Virus record (IMG/VR): IMGVR_UViG_3300018481_000005
Location: 1-61,795 of that record
Source: a virus
Taxonomy: Duplodnaviria > Caudoviricetes
Reading direction: 5' to 3' (one strand)
DNA: 61,795 nucleotides
The translations under genes were made by a program, and so were the position numbers. The notes under the pieces were generated by a model, which saw nothing but the letters and a program-made list of their open reading frames with translations, was not told where the DNA came from and did not search any database. Shown one piece after another: positions 46,999 to 56,027 of the stretch; position 1 is the first letter of the stretch, and the number at the start of each line of letters is the position of its first letter.

Positions 46999-47916
46999 AT
47001 GGATGCACGTCGAGCCGCAGCAAGCAGCAAGAGCAAGACCGTCAAGACGAAGGGAGCACCAGTGGCAACCAAGACCGCACGCAAGGCGGGACGCAAGACC
47101 GCAGCGAAGAAGCCTGTCGCTGCCAAGCGCACCGCGAAGAAGACCACCGCCAAGAAGACGGCTGCACGCAAGCCGGTCAACCAGAAGGCGGCTCAGGAGT
47201 CGGCACGTGTCACGCTGAACGAACGGTTCGAGTCCGACGGTGCAGCCGTCGTCGCGTCGTTCAAGAAGCACGACGGCGACTGGGCGAAGATCGCCAAGGA
47301 CACAGGCATGAGCGCTGGCAAGGCACAGCGGATGTACGTGCGTGCCACCCTGGCGCCGAAGGACCGCCTGTTCACCAAGGGACTGACTGACAAGGAGATG
47401 GGCGAGGCGATCGTCAAGCTCAAGGATCAGGACGGTCTCAAGTTCATGCCTGACATCTGGGCGCGGACGGGTCTCGGACCTGCACGCATCCAGGAGCTCT
47501 ACGTGAAGCACGGTGGCGGCAAGAACGTCGCTGACGCGCCGAAGCGTGAGTCGGCAGGCGGAGCACGCAAGGCGAAGAGCACCGCGAAGAGTGGTGGTCG
47601 CCGTAAGGCGTCTGGTCATACGGAGACCGAAGCGCAACGCCTCACTCGCGGTCAGCGTGACAAGGTGCTTGGCGAAGTACAGAACGTCAAGACGTCACAC
47701 GATCGCCTCATGGAACTGCTTCCCGGTCGTCGGGTCGAAGTCACGGCAGAGGTTGACGTCAAGGACGGCACCGCTGTCGCGCTCGCTCCGTACGAACTGA
47801 CCGTCAAGAAGATGGTCCGTGTTGCCGACGCCGACAAGGGTCGCAGCATTCAGTTCAACGACATGGACGGCAAGTTCCACGCGGTGTACGTAGCGGACGT
47901 GACACGCGTCCGTTAG
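46999..47916 (+). CDS. Histone-H1-like basic DNA-binding protein with HTH
   Basis: KTAAKKPVAAKRTAKK repeats; WAKIAKDTGMSAGKAQRMY HTH-like segment; AAGGAG RBS. Confidence 0.7.
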   Translation: MDARRAAASSKSKTVKTKGAPVATKTARKAGRKTAAKKPVAAKRTAKKTTAKKTAARKPVNQKAAQESARVTLNERFESDGAAVVASFKKHDGDWAKIAKDTGMSAGKAQRMYVRATLAPKDRLFTKGLTDKEMGEAIVKLKDQDGLKFMPDIWARTGLGPARIQELYVKHGGGKNVADAPKRESAGGARKAKSTAKSGGRRKASGHTETEAQRLTRGQRDKVLGEVQNVKTSHDRLMELLPGRRVEVTAEVDVKDGTAVALAPYELTVKKMVRVADADKGRSIQFNDMDGKFHAVYVADVTRVR

Positions 47917-47940
47917 CCTGTGCATCGCCGGACTGAGGTT

Positions 47941-47982
47941 GAGGGTCGGCTCCCGTCGCATCTCTCCCGGGAGTCGGCCCTC
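47941..47982 (+). terminator. Strong stem-loop, terminator-like
   Basis: GAGGGTCGGCTCCCG / CGGGAGTCGGCCCTC 15-bp stem with G-U pairs, followed by TTCCATT. Confidence 0.6.
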
Positions 47983-48020
47983 TTCCATTCCACGTACCAT
48001 CACAAGGAAGGATCGGTCAC

Positions 48021-48725
48021 ATGCCAAGCATCAAGTGCATCAACGGTCACGTGCATGACAGCGTCGCGGCAGTCAAGGCGTGCAGCACCACTCAGCGCAG
48101 CGCGGCACCGCAGAGCGCACGCAAGCAAGGTGGGCCCACACCGAAGCAGGAGAACTACATCCGCAAGCTGTTGGAGGAGGTCGGGAAGCAGGAGTCCGAC
48201 CTGACCAAGCCGCTCGCGGAGTACAACATGGCGGAGGCTTCGTCACTGATCGATGGGCTGCTCGCAGAACGTGCGACCAAGCCGCGTGAGAAGAACCCGA
48301 CCAAGGGCATGAAGCCGAACGTCGCTGGCAAGGGCTGTCTGAACGGCACCTACACCGTGGTCTTCGACGAAGCGACCGATGACCGCATCACGCTCCGCTT
48401 CCGCATCCCAACGTTCGGCACGTGGAAAGGCGTGCAGTTGGTTGAGTACCTGTACGGTCCCGACAACGAGAACGACTTCGTACGATGCGCCAACGCTGTC
48501 GCTGGTGGCTACTACGTGTGGCACACCGCGACGGGTAACAGCCGCGTGATGAATGCGATCACGTTCCTCGCGTCGGAAGCTGACGTCGAGCAGCAACGAG
48601 CCGCTGGTGAGATGTATGCGCTGGCGTCATCGCGCTGTTGGCGATGCAACCGCAAGCTGACCGTTCCGGCAAGCGTCCACCGTGGACTCGGACCCGACTG
48701 CGCGATGATCGTGGGGTACGCATGA
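48021..48725 (+). CDS. DUF6011-like zinc-binding protein
   Basis: CWRCNRKLTVPASVHRGLGPDC C-terminal signature. Confidence 0.78.
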   Translation: MPSIKCINGHVHDSVAAVKACSTTQRSAAPQSARKQGGPTPKQENYIRKLLEEVGKQESDLTKPLAEYNMAEASSLIDGLLAERATKPREKNPTKGMKPNVAGKGCLNGTYTVVFDEATDDRITLRFRIPTFGTWKGVQLVEYLYGPDNENDFVRCANAVAGGYYVWHTATGNSRVMNAITFLASEADVEQQRAAGEMYALASSRCWRCNRKLTVPASVHRGLGPDCAMIVGYA

Positions 48726-48934
48726 GACGCCGTAAGAAGAAGCAGTTCAAGGAGTTGGCGATCACCGCATACAACGACATCGTCGACGCGTGCATACAGC
48801 TGGAGAACGAGTACCCGCCGGAGATGGTCCTCGAAGACCTCGGCTTCGCCGCGACAGGACTGTCCGAGTGGTTGGAGTCACTCGGCGTCACCGTGCCGAA
48901 GGACGAGGAGGACCGAGTCGGAAAGGTCATCTGA
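48722..48934 (+). CDS. Hypothetical protein
   Basis: ATGA overlap. Confidence 0.6.
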   Translation: MRRRKKKQFKELAITAYNDIVDACIQLENEYPPEMVLEDLGFAATGLSEWLESLGVTVPKDEEDRVGKVI

Positions 48935-49197
48935 TGTGCGTCCGCAAGTTCCGTCCGTCACACGAACGACACCTCCGGCTACGGCCGATGGATGAGGAGG
49001 CTCAGATGCAGTATCCGCACGAGATGCAGTTGATGCAGGAGCAGGACGCCGCACTTGACGGTCCGACCGATGACCGTCCGTGGGGCGAGCAACAGTCTCA
49101 GGTCGATTGGCTTGAGACACGGTTCGAAGGCGGGATGTTCGACGGCGACCCCGACGGCGACGACCTCGAGTACTTCGAAGGATGGGAGGACGAATGA
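48934..49197 (+). CDS. Hypothetical acidic protein
   Basis: TGATG overlap; start uncertain. Confidence 0.55.
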   Translation: MCVRKFRPSHERHLRLRPMDEEAQMQYPHEMQLMQEQDAALDGPTDDRPWGEQQSQVDWLETRFEGGMFDGDPDGDDLEYFEGWEDE

Positions 49198-49472
49198 ACT
49201 ACCCGCTGATCGGCTTCATCGCTGTCGCAGTCGCGATCGTCGCGCTGTTGTTCGTCATCATCAAGTGGGGTCATCTCCCCGACGAGAACGTTCTCGGACA
49301 GGTGACACGTGGCGAGGACCTGCACTGGCGCATCGGACCTGACGATCCGACGACGGTGCGCGTCATCCCGACCATCGACGTGCCACTGCCGTATGTGCCT
49401 GACGTTGGCGAGCTACCCGGAGACGAGGACGTTGCACGTTTCTGGGGTACGCACCCCAGCGGCAAGGCGTAG
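49194..49472 (+). CDS. Membrane-anchored protein
   Basis: N-terminal TM helix; GGGAGG RBS. Confidence 0.65.
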   Translation: MNYPLIGFIAVAVAIVALLFVIIKWGHLPDENVLGQVTRGEDLHWRIGPDDPTTVRVIPTIDVPLPYVPDVGELPGDEDVARFWGTHPSGKA

Positions 49473-49498
49473 CACGGCATTCCCGAAACGCTGGACCC

Positions 49499-49577
49499 TG
49501 CTGGTCGCTGCCTGAAGCTCAGGCGCTAGCAGGCACAAGTTACTGGCCGTCCTATACGCGTCAGGCAGCGACCAGCA
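49499..49577. repeat. Perfect 17-bp inverted repeat
   Basis: TGCTGGTCGCTGCCTGA 49499-49515 / TCAGGCAGCGACCAGCA 49561-49577. Confidence 0.85.
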
Positions 49578-49697
49578 CAGGGACCGCAACAGGGTATGGG
49601 CGCAGCCGCCTATGCCGTGCCTGCACCACACCCGAACGTAGGTGCAGGGAGCAGCACGTTCCACACCGCATCAGATCAAGGACCAAGGAGGAACACC

Positions 49698-51587
49698 ATG
49701 GAGAAGGCAGTCTTCGCCGAGCTGAGTGCTGACGGTCGTTCGATCGAGATCTACTTCGACCCGTCACCGCGATGGCTCGCAATCATGCACGAGATGCGCG
49801 CTCGTTTCATGCCCAAGGACAAGGCACCGGAAGGTGTCGCTCACTGGCGTCTGCACCTTGACTGGCCGGATGCGCAAGAACTCGCAGCCCGCGTCGGCAA
49901 GGAGAACCTGACGCTTGGTGATCAACTGAACGAGTGGGCGTGGACGCAGAAGCAGATCGCAGAGACGGTTCACGAGTTGGTCGGCGCGTCATCCGGCGAA
50001 CTGTCCCGTCTCCCCGAAGTTCTGCCGGACCTGTACGACGCTGTCTTCCTTGGTCCGATCGGCAAGAACATGAACGACAAGGAGCGGAAGGTCGGGTTGG
50101 CTGCGGACGAAGGTTCGTATCAGACCGCTGACGTCGCGTTCATGTCGTTCACGGAGCACGTCCTCAACGCCAACCAGCCGGGGACGGGGAAGACCATCGA
50201 GACGATCGCAAGCATCTTCGAAGCAGGCACCGATGACGGTCCGAACCTTGTCATCGCACCGCTGACGGCGCTTGAGACCGTGTGGCTGGAGCACTTGCAG
50301 AAGTGGCAGCCGCATCCCGTCATCATGGGAGCAGGCGAGCGGATGCCGCGTGCCAAGCGAGAGCGTGCCATGTACGAGATGCAGGTCATGCTCGACAGCG
50401 GTCACCCGTTCTTCTACGTGTGCAACCCGGACATGGTTCGCATGCGCAAGGAGAAGAGTGGCGAGGAAGACGGCAACGTCGTTCACCTGTACTCGGAGTG
50501 GCCGTTGCTGCACGACATCGAGTGGAACAACATCATCATCGATGAAGTGCATCGCGGTGCGCTGCGCAACCCGAAGTCGTACACCGCTCAGGGGATGTAC
50601 AAGCTCAAGAGCGCTGAGGGTGGCAAGCGTTTCGCGTTGTCGGGTACGCCGCTCGGAGGACGTCCCATCAACCTGTGGGGCATCCTTCACTGGCTGCATC
50701 CCGACAAGTTCTCGTCGAAGTGGCGTTGGGCGCAGCAATGGCTCGACCTGTCGGACAACGGGTACGGCACCGACATCGGTGGCATCAAGGAAGCACGGGT
50801 CGATGACTTCTACAAGGAGCTCGAGCCGTACATGGTGCGTCGTACCAAGGCTGAAGTGCTGACGTGGCTTCCGCCGAAGGATCACATCGACGTGTGGTGC
50901 GACATGACTCCGAAGCAAGAGAAGCAGTACAAGGAGTTCGCACTTGCCGCCGAAGTGAAGATCGGTGACATGCAGTTGACCGCGACATCCATCCTCGCCG
51001 AGTACACGCGTCTGAAGCAGTTCGCTGGCGCGGTGCAGGACTTGGAGGTCAAGGACGATGGGTCGAAGAAGCTGCACGCGCAGCCCGACAGCGGCAAGCT
51101 GAACCAGGTACTCGAGCACTTGGAGGAGCTCGGTATCCTGGAGGACGGCAAGGCGGTCGAGGAGACCAAGGCTCAGACAGTCATCTTCAGTCAGTTCGTT
51201 GAGATCGTGCAGATGTTCGCGAAGGACCTGTCCGATCGCGGCGTGCGCGTCATGACACTGACTGGCGAGACGAAGGACCGGATGCATGTGCAGAAGTCGT
51301 TCCAAGCAGGTGAAGTGACGGTCGCGATCTGTCAGACGATCACCGGCGGTCAGAGCATCGACTTGGACATGGCTGACACGTGCTTCATCCTTGACGAGAC
51401 CTGGAACCCCGACGACCAGGAGCAAGCCGAAGACCGTATCCACCGTGGTAGCCGTATCCACCAGGTGACGTGCTACTACCTGCGAACGAAAGGAACCGTA
51501 GACGAGTACATCAAGAAGACGACAGACCGCAAGGGTGGTATCAACAAGATGGTGCTCGATGACTGGCGCAACCTGCGCCTCGTCTGA
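49698..51587 (+). CDS. SNF2-family (SF2) helicase
   Basis: NQPGTGKT, IIIDEVH, LSGTP, VIFSQF, WNP...QAEDRIHR; start after AAGGAGG. Confidence 0.93.
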   Translation: MEKAVFAELSADGRSIEIYFDPSPRWLAIMHEMRARFMPKDKAPEGVAHWRLHLDWPDAQELAARVGKENLTLGDQLNEWAWTQKQIAETVHELVGASSGELSRLPEVLPDLYDAVFLGPIGKNMNDKERKVGLAADEGSYQTADVAFMSFTEHVLNANQPGTGKTIETIASIFEAGTDDGPNLVIAPLTALETVWLEHLQKWQPHPVIMGAGERMPRAKRERAMYEMQVMLDSGHPFFYVCNPDMVRMRKEKSGEEDGNVVHLYSEWPLLHDIEWNNIIIDEVHRGALRNPKSYTAQGMYKLKSAEGGKRFALSGTPLGGRPINLWGILHWLHPDKFSSKWRWAQQWLDLSDNGYGTDIGGIKEARVDDFYKELEPYMVRRTKAEVLTWLPPKDHIDVWCDMTPKQEKQYKEFALAAEVKIGDMQLTATSILAEYTRLKQFAGAVQDLEVKDDGSKKLHAQPDSGKLNQVLEHLEELGILEDGKAVEETKAQTVIFSQFVEIVQMFAKDLSDRGVRVMTLTGETKDRMHVQKSFQAGEVTVAICQTITGGQSIDLDMADTCFILDETWNPDDQEQAEDRIHRGSRIHQVTCYYLRTKGTVDEYIKKTTDRKGGINKMVLDDWRNLRLV

Positions 51588-51616
51588 TCAATATGGTTAC
51601 AAAGGAGAGTCACGAC

Positions 51617-52039
51617 ATGAAGAAGCTACTCATCACCGCAGCGATCATCACCGCAACGCTCGCCGTCGGATGCTCAACGCCGACGGACACGACGAACGCT
51701 GCACCGGAGACAGGGAACGTCGGCGGCAACGTCCCGAACACCGAGAGCGTTGACTCCGAGCAGGAGGAGCTCGCTACTTGGTGGTTGACGAACGAAGACA
51801 AGTGGTACGAGATGACTGACCGCTTCGCAGCCGTTGATCTGGAAGGTGCTGTCGATGTGATGAACAGCATGGACCCGATCCCGAATGCTTCGCTGAACAA
51901 TCTGTTCATCCGGTATCAAGCGGAGATCAACGAAGCGCTCATCCGACTCAACGCGGGCGACATCGCTGGTGCCACTGCCAACATCAAGGCTGGCACGGCT
52001 ATCATGCGAGACATCACCGCTGAGATCGGCTCGCTGTAA
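51617..52039 (+). CDS. Lipoprotein
   Basis: MKKLLITAAIITATLAVG-C lipobox. Confidence 0.75.
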   Translation: MKKLLITAAIITATLAVGCSTPTDTTNAAPETGNVGGNVPNTESVDSEQEELATWWLTNEDKWYEMTDRFAAVDLEGAVDVMNSMDPIPNASLNNLFIRYQAEINEALIRLNAGDIAGATANIKAGTAIMRDITAEIGSL

Positions 52040-52065
52040 CGGCTGAACAGGAAGGGAGTCACATC

Positions 52066-52317
52066 ATGACGGCTGAATTCGTTCGCGTCGTTCCGATGAC
52101 AGGGAGCAAGGTGCATCTGACCGAGGAGGCACCGAAGCAGCACAGCCGCACGGCACGCAACGTTCCGTCGCTGTGCGGCATGGTGCTGAAGACGGTGTAC
52201 ATGCCGACGCTCCGTGAAGTGCGCGACATGGAGGTGACGGACTGTCAGAAGTGCTTGAAGGTCCGCGCCAACCGTGACGAGCACTCCCTCTCCTACTACC
52301 GAAAGGAGGATGAGTGA
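52066..52317 (+). CDS. Hypothetical Cys/His protein
   Basis: KVH...LCG...CQKC; RBS plus AGTCAC. Confidence 0.7.
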   Translation: MTAEFVRVVPMTGSKVHLTEEAPKQHSRTARNVPSLCGMVLKTVYMPTLREVRDMEVTDCQKCLKVRANRDEHSLSYYRKEDE

Positions 52318-52472
52318 TGCCTGACGTGCAACTGTGCGAGTGGTTCGCTATGTGCGCGAACCCTGCGGACGGCATGATGCCGCATCCGATCCTCGGTGGT
52401 GTGCCGTGCTGTGAAAGGTGCGCAGCCGTTGTCGGTGCAGAGTCGGAGCTAGTGAAAGGAACGTTCGAGTGA
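52317..52472 (+). CDS. Small Cys-rich protein (absent from ORF track)
   Basis: CEWFAMCANPA...HPILG.VPCCERC; AAAGGAGG RBS. Confidence 0.65.
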   Translation: MPDVQLCEWFAMCANPADGMMPHPILGGVPCCERCAAVVGAESELVKGTFE

Positions 52473-52717
52473 CGAAGCGTCACATTGAAGTCCTCATGCT
52501 CAAAGCGTTGGGCTTGTCCAGCCGTCAGGTCGGGCAGATCCTATGGCTGTCTGAGAAGACGGTCAAGGCGCATCTGCAGTACCTGTCGGCACGACTCGAC
52601 GCACGCAACACCACGCACGCTGTCACCATCGCACTGACACGTAACCACTTCACCCTTGCGGACCTTCAGGTCCTTGAGGAAGAGATCAGCGAGCGACTCC
52701 GAGAGGAGGCATCATGA
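52469..52717 (+). CDS. LuxR/GerE-type HTH regulator
   Basis: TKRHIEVL...GLSSRQVG..LWLSEKTVKAHL......L.ARNTTHAV. Confidence 0.85.
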   Translation: MTKRHIEVLMLKALGLSSRQVGQILWLSEKTVKAHLQYLSARLDARNTTHAVTIALTRNHFTLADLQVLEEEISERLREEAS

Positions 52718-52875
52718 ACAAGATCGTCATCTACATCAACGAGGACGATGCGGTCGTGTCGGTCGCACTGAACGGAGTGTTCGTCAGTCCGGCAGACTGG
52801 GACGCGGTGTACGAAGGAGGCAAGGAGTACTCGGATGCGCAGGCATCACCCTTCTGGCCGGGACCCGCATCATGA
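52714..52875 (+). CDS. Hypothetical protein (absent from ORF track)
   Basis: GAGAGGAGG RBS; ATGA overlaps at both ends. Confidence 0.6.
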   Translation: MNKIVIYINEDDAVVSVALNGVFVSPADWDAVYEGGKEYSDAQASPFWPGPAS

Positions 52876-53243
52876 GCACACTGAAGAAGGGCGACGTCGT
52901 AGTGCTGCGCGATGGCCGTCGTGCAGAGGTTGACGCCATGGCCGAACGGAGTACGGAGTACGTTTGGCTGTGGGTTGGGAACGCACGAGTGTTCACCAGC
53001 CTCCGCGTCAGCGAACTGAAGGACGTGGTCTTCCGCAAGGGGATCACGCCGGAGATCGCTCACAATCACGCGGTCAACGAGGAACGCTTCCACGCGCATC
53101 CCGGCGGTGCAGCACCGCACTGGCATCGGTCAGTCCGTGATGCAGCGAACGTCAGCGGATACCGCGTCCGAGACATCGAAGAAGGTGATGCTCACTGGGG
53201 AGACGAGGACGTGACGACACGACGTCCGGTGCATGGCGTGTGA
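52872..53243 (+). CDS. Hypothetical protein
   Basis: LKKGDVVVL KOW-like start; His-rich middle. Confidence 0.6.
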   Translation: MSTLKKGDVVVLRDGRRAEVDAMAERSTEYVWLWVGNARVFTSLRVSELKDVVFRKGITPEIAHNHAVNEERFHAHPGGAAPHWHRSVRDAANVSGYRVRDIEEGDAHWGDEDVTTRRPVHGV

Positions 53244-53266
53244 CGTGTCTATGCGAAGCCCGCGCA

Positions 53267-53414
53267 CGTGTGTACGGGTTCAACGGCTAGGGTGGACTAG
53301 GGACTAAGACGGACAGCGTCAGTCCCTTCCTACCCTTCCGTTCTGTGCGTCGTCCTGTGAGGACTACAATCAGCAGCGGATCGTAGCCGTTGAACCCGTA
53401 CAGCCGCGTACGCG
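53267..53414. repeat. Inverted-repeat element, copy 2 (candidate replication origin or structured RNA)
   Basis: Perfect 19-bp IR TGTACGGGTTCAACGGCTA 53271-53289 / TAGCCGTTGAACCCGTACA 53384-53402; CGCGTACGCG at 53405-53414. Confidence 0.85.
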
Positions 53415-53434
53415 AGGGAAACGAAGGAGGCAGT

Positions 53435-53776
53435 ATGGGCAAGAAGAAGGAAGTCAAGGCGCTGATCAAGCAGATCGTCGCGTCGTTCGAACTACTGATG
53501 GACCTCGATCCGGAAGCAGCACTTGACGCGATGGACGCTGCACACACCCGAGTCGGTGAAGACCCGCGCATGGTGCCAGTCATCATCAAGCGCGTGAAGG
53601 AGGAAGCCGACAAGCAGGTGCAGGAGATGCACGAGCGGATGCAGAACGCTGGTGTCACGGTGCTTGAGATGTCAGCGGAGGAGGCTGCCAAGTTCATCGA
53701 GGAGCACGCGATCAAGGAAGAGTCGATGCTTGACGCCGACATCAAGGGTCTGCTGCGCGAGAACAAGGAGAACTGA
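53435..53776 (+). CDS. Hypothetical helical protein
   Basis: GAAGGAGG RBS. Confidence 0.7.
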   Translation: MGKKKEVKALIKQIVASFELLMDLDPEAALDAMDAAHTRVGEDPRMVPVIIKRVKEEADKQVQEMHERMQNAGVTVLEMSAEEAAKFIEEHAIKEESMLDADIKGLLRENKEN

Positions 53777-53777
53777 C

Positions 53778-54464
53778 ATGAAGAGAAGCTACTGGGTCAT
53801 CATCGCGGCAGTCGTAGTCGCGATCGTGACGATCGGCTTCCTGATCGGTGCCAACATGCCGACCGATGGAGGAAGCGGGAGCAAGGACGTCCCTGTCGAA
53901 ACGAACAGCGGAGTGGTCATCGACGGAGACAGTCAGACCGTCGGACTCGCGTCGAGCTTCGTGCCGGATGAGCGCGTGCGATGCAACGATGGTTGCAAGA
54001 AGCGACGCAGCAAGGTTGACCCGCCTGTGCATGCTCGATCACATCCTGCACCGCTCGCTCGGACAGCACGTGTCAGCGAACTCCTTCGCGGAGGCAAGCG
54101 ATGCAAGGCGAAGGAAGTCGAAGTCTGGGCGAACAACGCGGCAGGCGGATGGATGTGGACGTTCAACTACAAGCGCACCGTCTGTTGGCGTCCTGGCACC
54201 GACAACTTCGTCTACAATCATGTCGACACGTGGACGGAGATCGGCAATGACATCTGGAACATCTGGAAGGATGGCGGTAGCAACGGTGACGCGTCGTCTC
54301 AAGGACAGCATCCGTCAGGTGTCAAGTGGTGGGCGATCACCAAGACACGAACGTTCGACATGTGCTTGACGTTCTGCTACGCCGACTGGCACGTCAGCGG
54401 TACACAGAACTTCGACACGTCCGGCGGATACGAGTGGTCCAAGACCGGACAGCCCGGAAGCTGA
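53778..54464 (+). CDS. Membrane-anchored exported protein
   Basis: N-terminal TM helix; Trp/Cys-rich beta domain. Confidence 0.7.
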   Translation: MKRSYWVIIAAVVVAIVTIGFLIGANMPTDGGSGSKDVPVETNSGVVIDGDSQTVGLASSFVPDERVRCNDGCKKRRSKVDPPVHARSHPAPLARTARVSELLRGGKRCKAKEVEVWANNAAGGWMWTFNYKRTVCWRPGTDNFVYNHVDTWTEIGNDIWNIWKDGGSNGDASSQGQHPSGVKWWAITKTRTFDMCLTFCYADWHVSGTQNFDTSGGYEWSKTGQPGS

Positions 54465-54493
54465 CACACTGCACCTGACGCAGCGGGAGGGAG

Positions 54494-54703
54494 GTGAACC
54501 ACTTGGACACACCGGAGTATGGCATCAGCACCTACACGGAAGAGGAAGCTGATCAACCGACCGACGTCTTCAAGATCATGCAGCAAGAAGAGAAAGGACA
54601 GCCGTTCGTCACCGTGGAATACGTCGCGTCGTTCGTTGACGAGGCAACCGCGATCAACTTCTGTGACGTGTGGCGCGGCAAGGCACTGGAAGGAGAAGCT
54701 TGA
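54494..54703 (+). CDS. Hypothetical protein
   Basis: GGGAGGGAG RBS. Confidence 0.6.
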   Translation: MNHLDTPEYGISTYTEEEADQPTDVFKIMQQEEKGQPFVTVEYVASFVDEATAINFCDVWRGKALEGEA

Positions 54704-54918
54704 AGATCATCATCCCCTCGACAGAGCTAGACGCCGTCGACATCGTTGACGGTAGTTTGGTCATCGACTTCAACCGAGCAGCGGAAGCGGCGATGTCACT
54801 CCGTCGCACCGCACGTCGGCTGGAAGCCGGTGAAGACATGACAAGGACCATCGCAGCCGCAACGCCTGAACAGCTTGCGGAAGCGATCGATCACTGCGTC
54901 ACTGACGGAGACAGCTAG
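54700..54918 (+). CDS. Hypothetical protein
   Basis: TTGA overlap; GAAGGAG RBS. Confidence 0.55.
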   Translation: MKIIIPSTELDAVDIVDGSLVIDFNRAAEAAMSLRRTARRLEAGEDMTRTIAAATPEQLAEAIDHCVTDGDS

Positions 54919-55039
54919 CTCCGTCTGACGCGGTAAGATAGGACCGCACGGACGGGTCAGTTGACGACCTGGTCGATGACCGAGCGCTGGGCTCTGTGAC
55001 TGCCTGATCTCGGGCTGATCCGTCCGTGCGTCCTTCCCA

Positions 55040-55069
55040 TTGACGTGACACGCAGTAGGGATGCACACT
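55040..55069 (+). promoter_or_regulatory. Possible SigA-like promoter for the replication operon
   Basis: TTGACG-N18-CACACT upstream of the thyX-like gene. Confidence 0.4.
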
Positions 55070-55181
55070 GACAGACAGAGGAGTACGGTGTGCAGTCCGC
55101 AGTCAGGCAACGTCACACCAACATCAAGAAGGTTCCGTCCGGTAGCTCCGACTCGGCATCGGAGCAGAGGGGAGATGCAAC

Positions 55182-56027
55182 ATGACAGAGACCAGCGGTC
55201 CTGTTCCGATCCGTCTGTTGGACGACAAGCCGTTCAACAAACACAGCATGAACGTCAACAATCAGACGTCACCGTTCGACAACGGCAATGTCGACGTCGG
55301 CGTCGACAACATCACTGTCAAGCTCGTGCAGGGCATCGATGAGGATGCGCTGCGTATCACTCTCGGCCGTAGCGTTCTCGCTACGATCGGCGTGGACCCC
55401 AACGTTCCGCCGGAGAAGCTCCCTTGGGAAGAGATGTTCAAGGGAGGGCTTCAGACGGCACTTGAGTCACAGGTCTTGGTCTTCGAAGTCGCGGGAGTCT
55501 CGCGCACCTGTACTCATCAGTTGGTCCGGTCCCGTCGTGCCGCATTCCATCAGCAGTCGCAACGTGCAAGCTTCATGGGGAACCGACCTGACACGCGCCT
55601 ACCCATGTCCGTCTTTCGCAACACCAGAGCGCATGCAGCCGCGATGGAAGCGATCGCCGCTGCACATCACGCCTACGAGATCGCATGCGAAGAGGACATC
55701 GCCTTCCAGGATGCGCGGTTCATCCTGCCGGAGGGGACGGAGACGTACATCCTCTGTGAGTACCCGATCCGTGAGTTCCTCAACGTCTACGCCTATCGCG
55801 CGTGCAGCATGTTTCAGTGGGAGATCATGACGGTGATGCGTCTGATGAAGCAGGAGCTCGTCGCCGCGCATCCGTGGATCGAGAAGTACGTCAAGATCAC
55901 GTGCGAGAAGACGAAGGTCTGCGAGTTCCAGGGATGGGAACGTGTCGAGGGACACTGCGAACTGCCTTGGGCCAAGGAGGACAACCGACGGTATCAACCT
56001 GATCCGTCGCTGCGGATCGGCGGGTGA
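55182..56027 (+). CDS. thyX: Flavin-dependent thymidylate synthase (ThyX) family, divergent
   Basis: GVSRTCTHQLVRSRRAAFHQQSQR, QDARFILP, QWEI; several canonical residues replaced. Confidence 0.85.
   Translation: MTETSGPVPIRLLDDKPFNKHSMNVNNQTSPFDNGNVDVGVDNITVKLVQGIDEDALRITLGRSVLATIGVDPNVPPEKLPWEEMFKGGLQTALESQVLVFEVAGVSRTCTHQLVRSRRAAFHQQSQRASFMGNRPDTRLPMSVFRNTRAHAAAMEAIAAAHHAYEIACEEDIAFQDARFILPEGTETYILCEYPIREFLNVYAYRACSMFQWEIMTVMRLMKQELVAAHPWIEKYVKITCEKTKVCEFQGWERVEGHCELPWAKEDNRRYQPDPSLRIGG

Noticed and set aside
49989-51461. Long minus-strand ORFs (also 5791-6795 and 43764-45095)
   Set aside because: They are antisense shadows of well-supported plus-strand genes, expected from codon bias, and carry no recognisable motifs.
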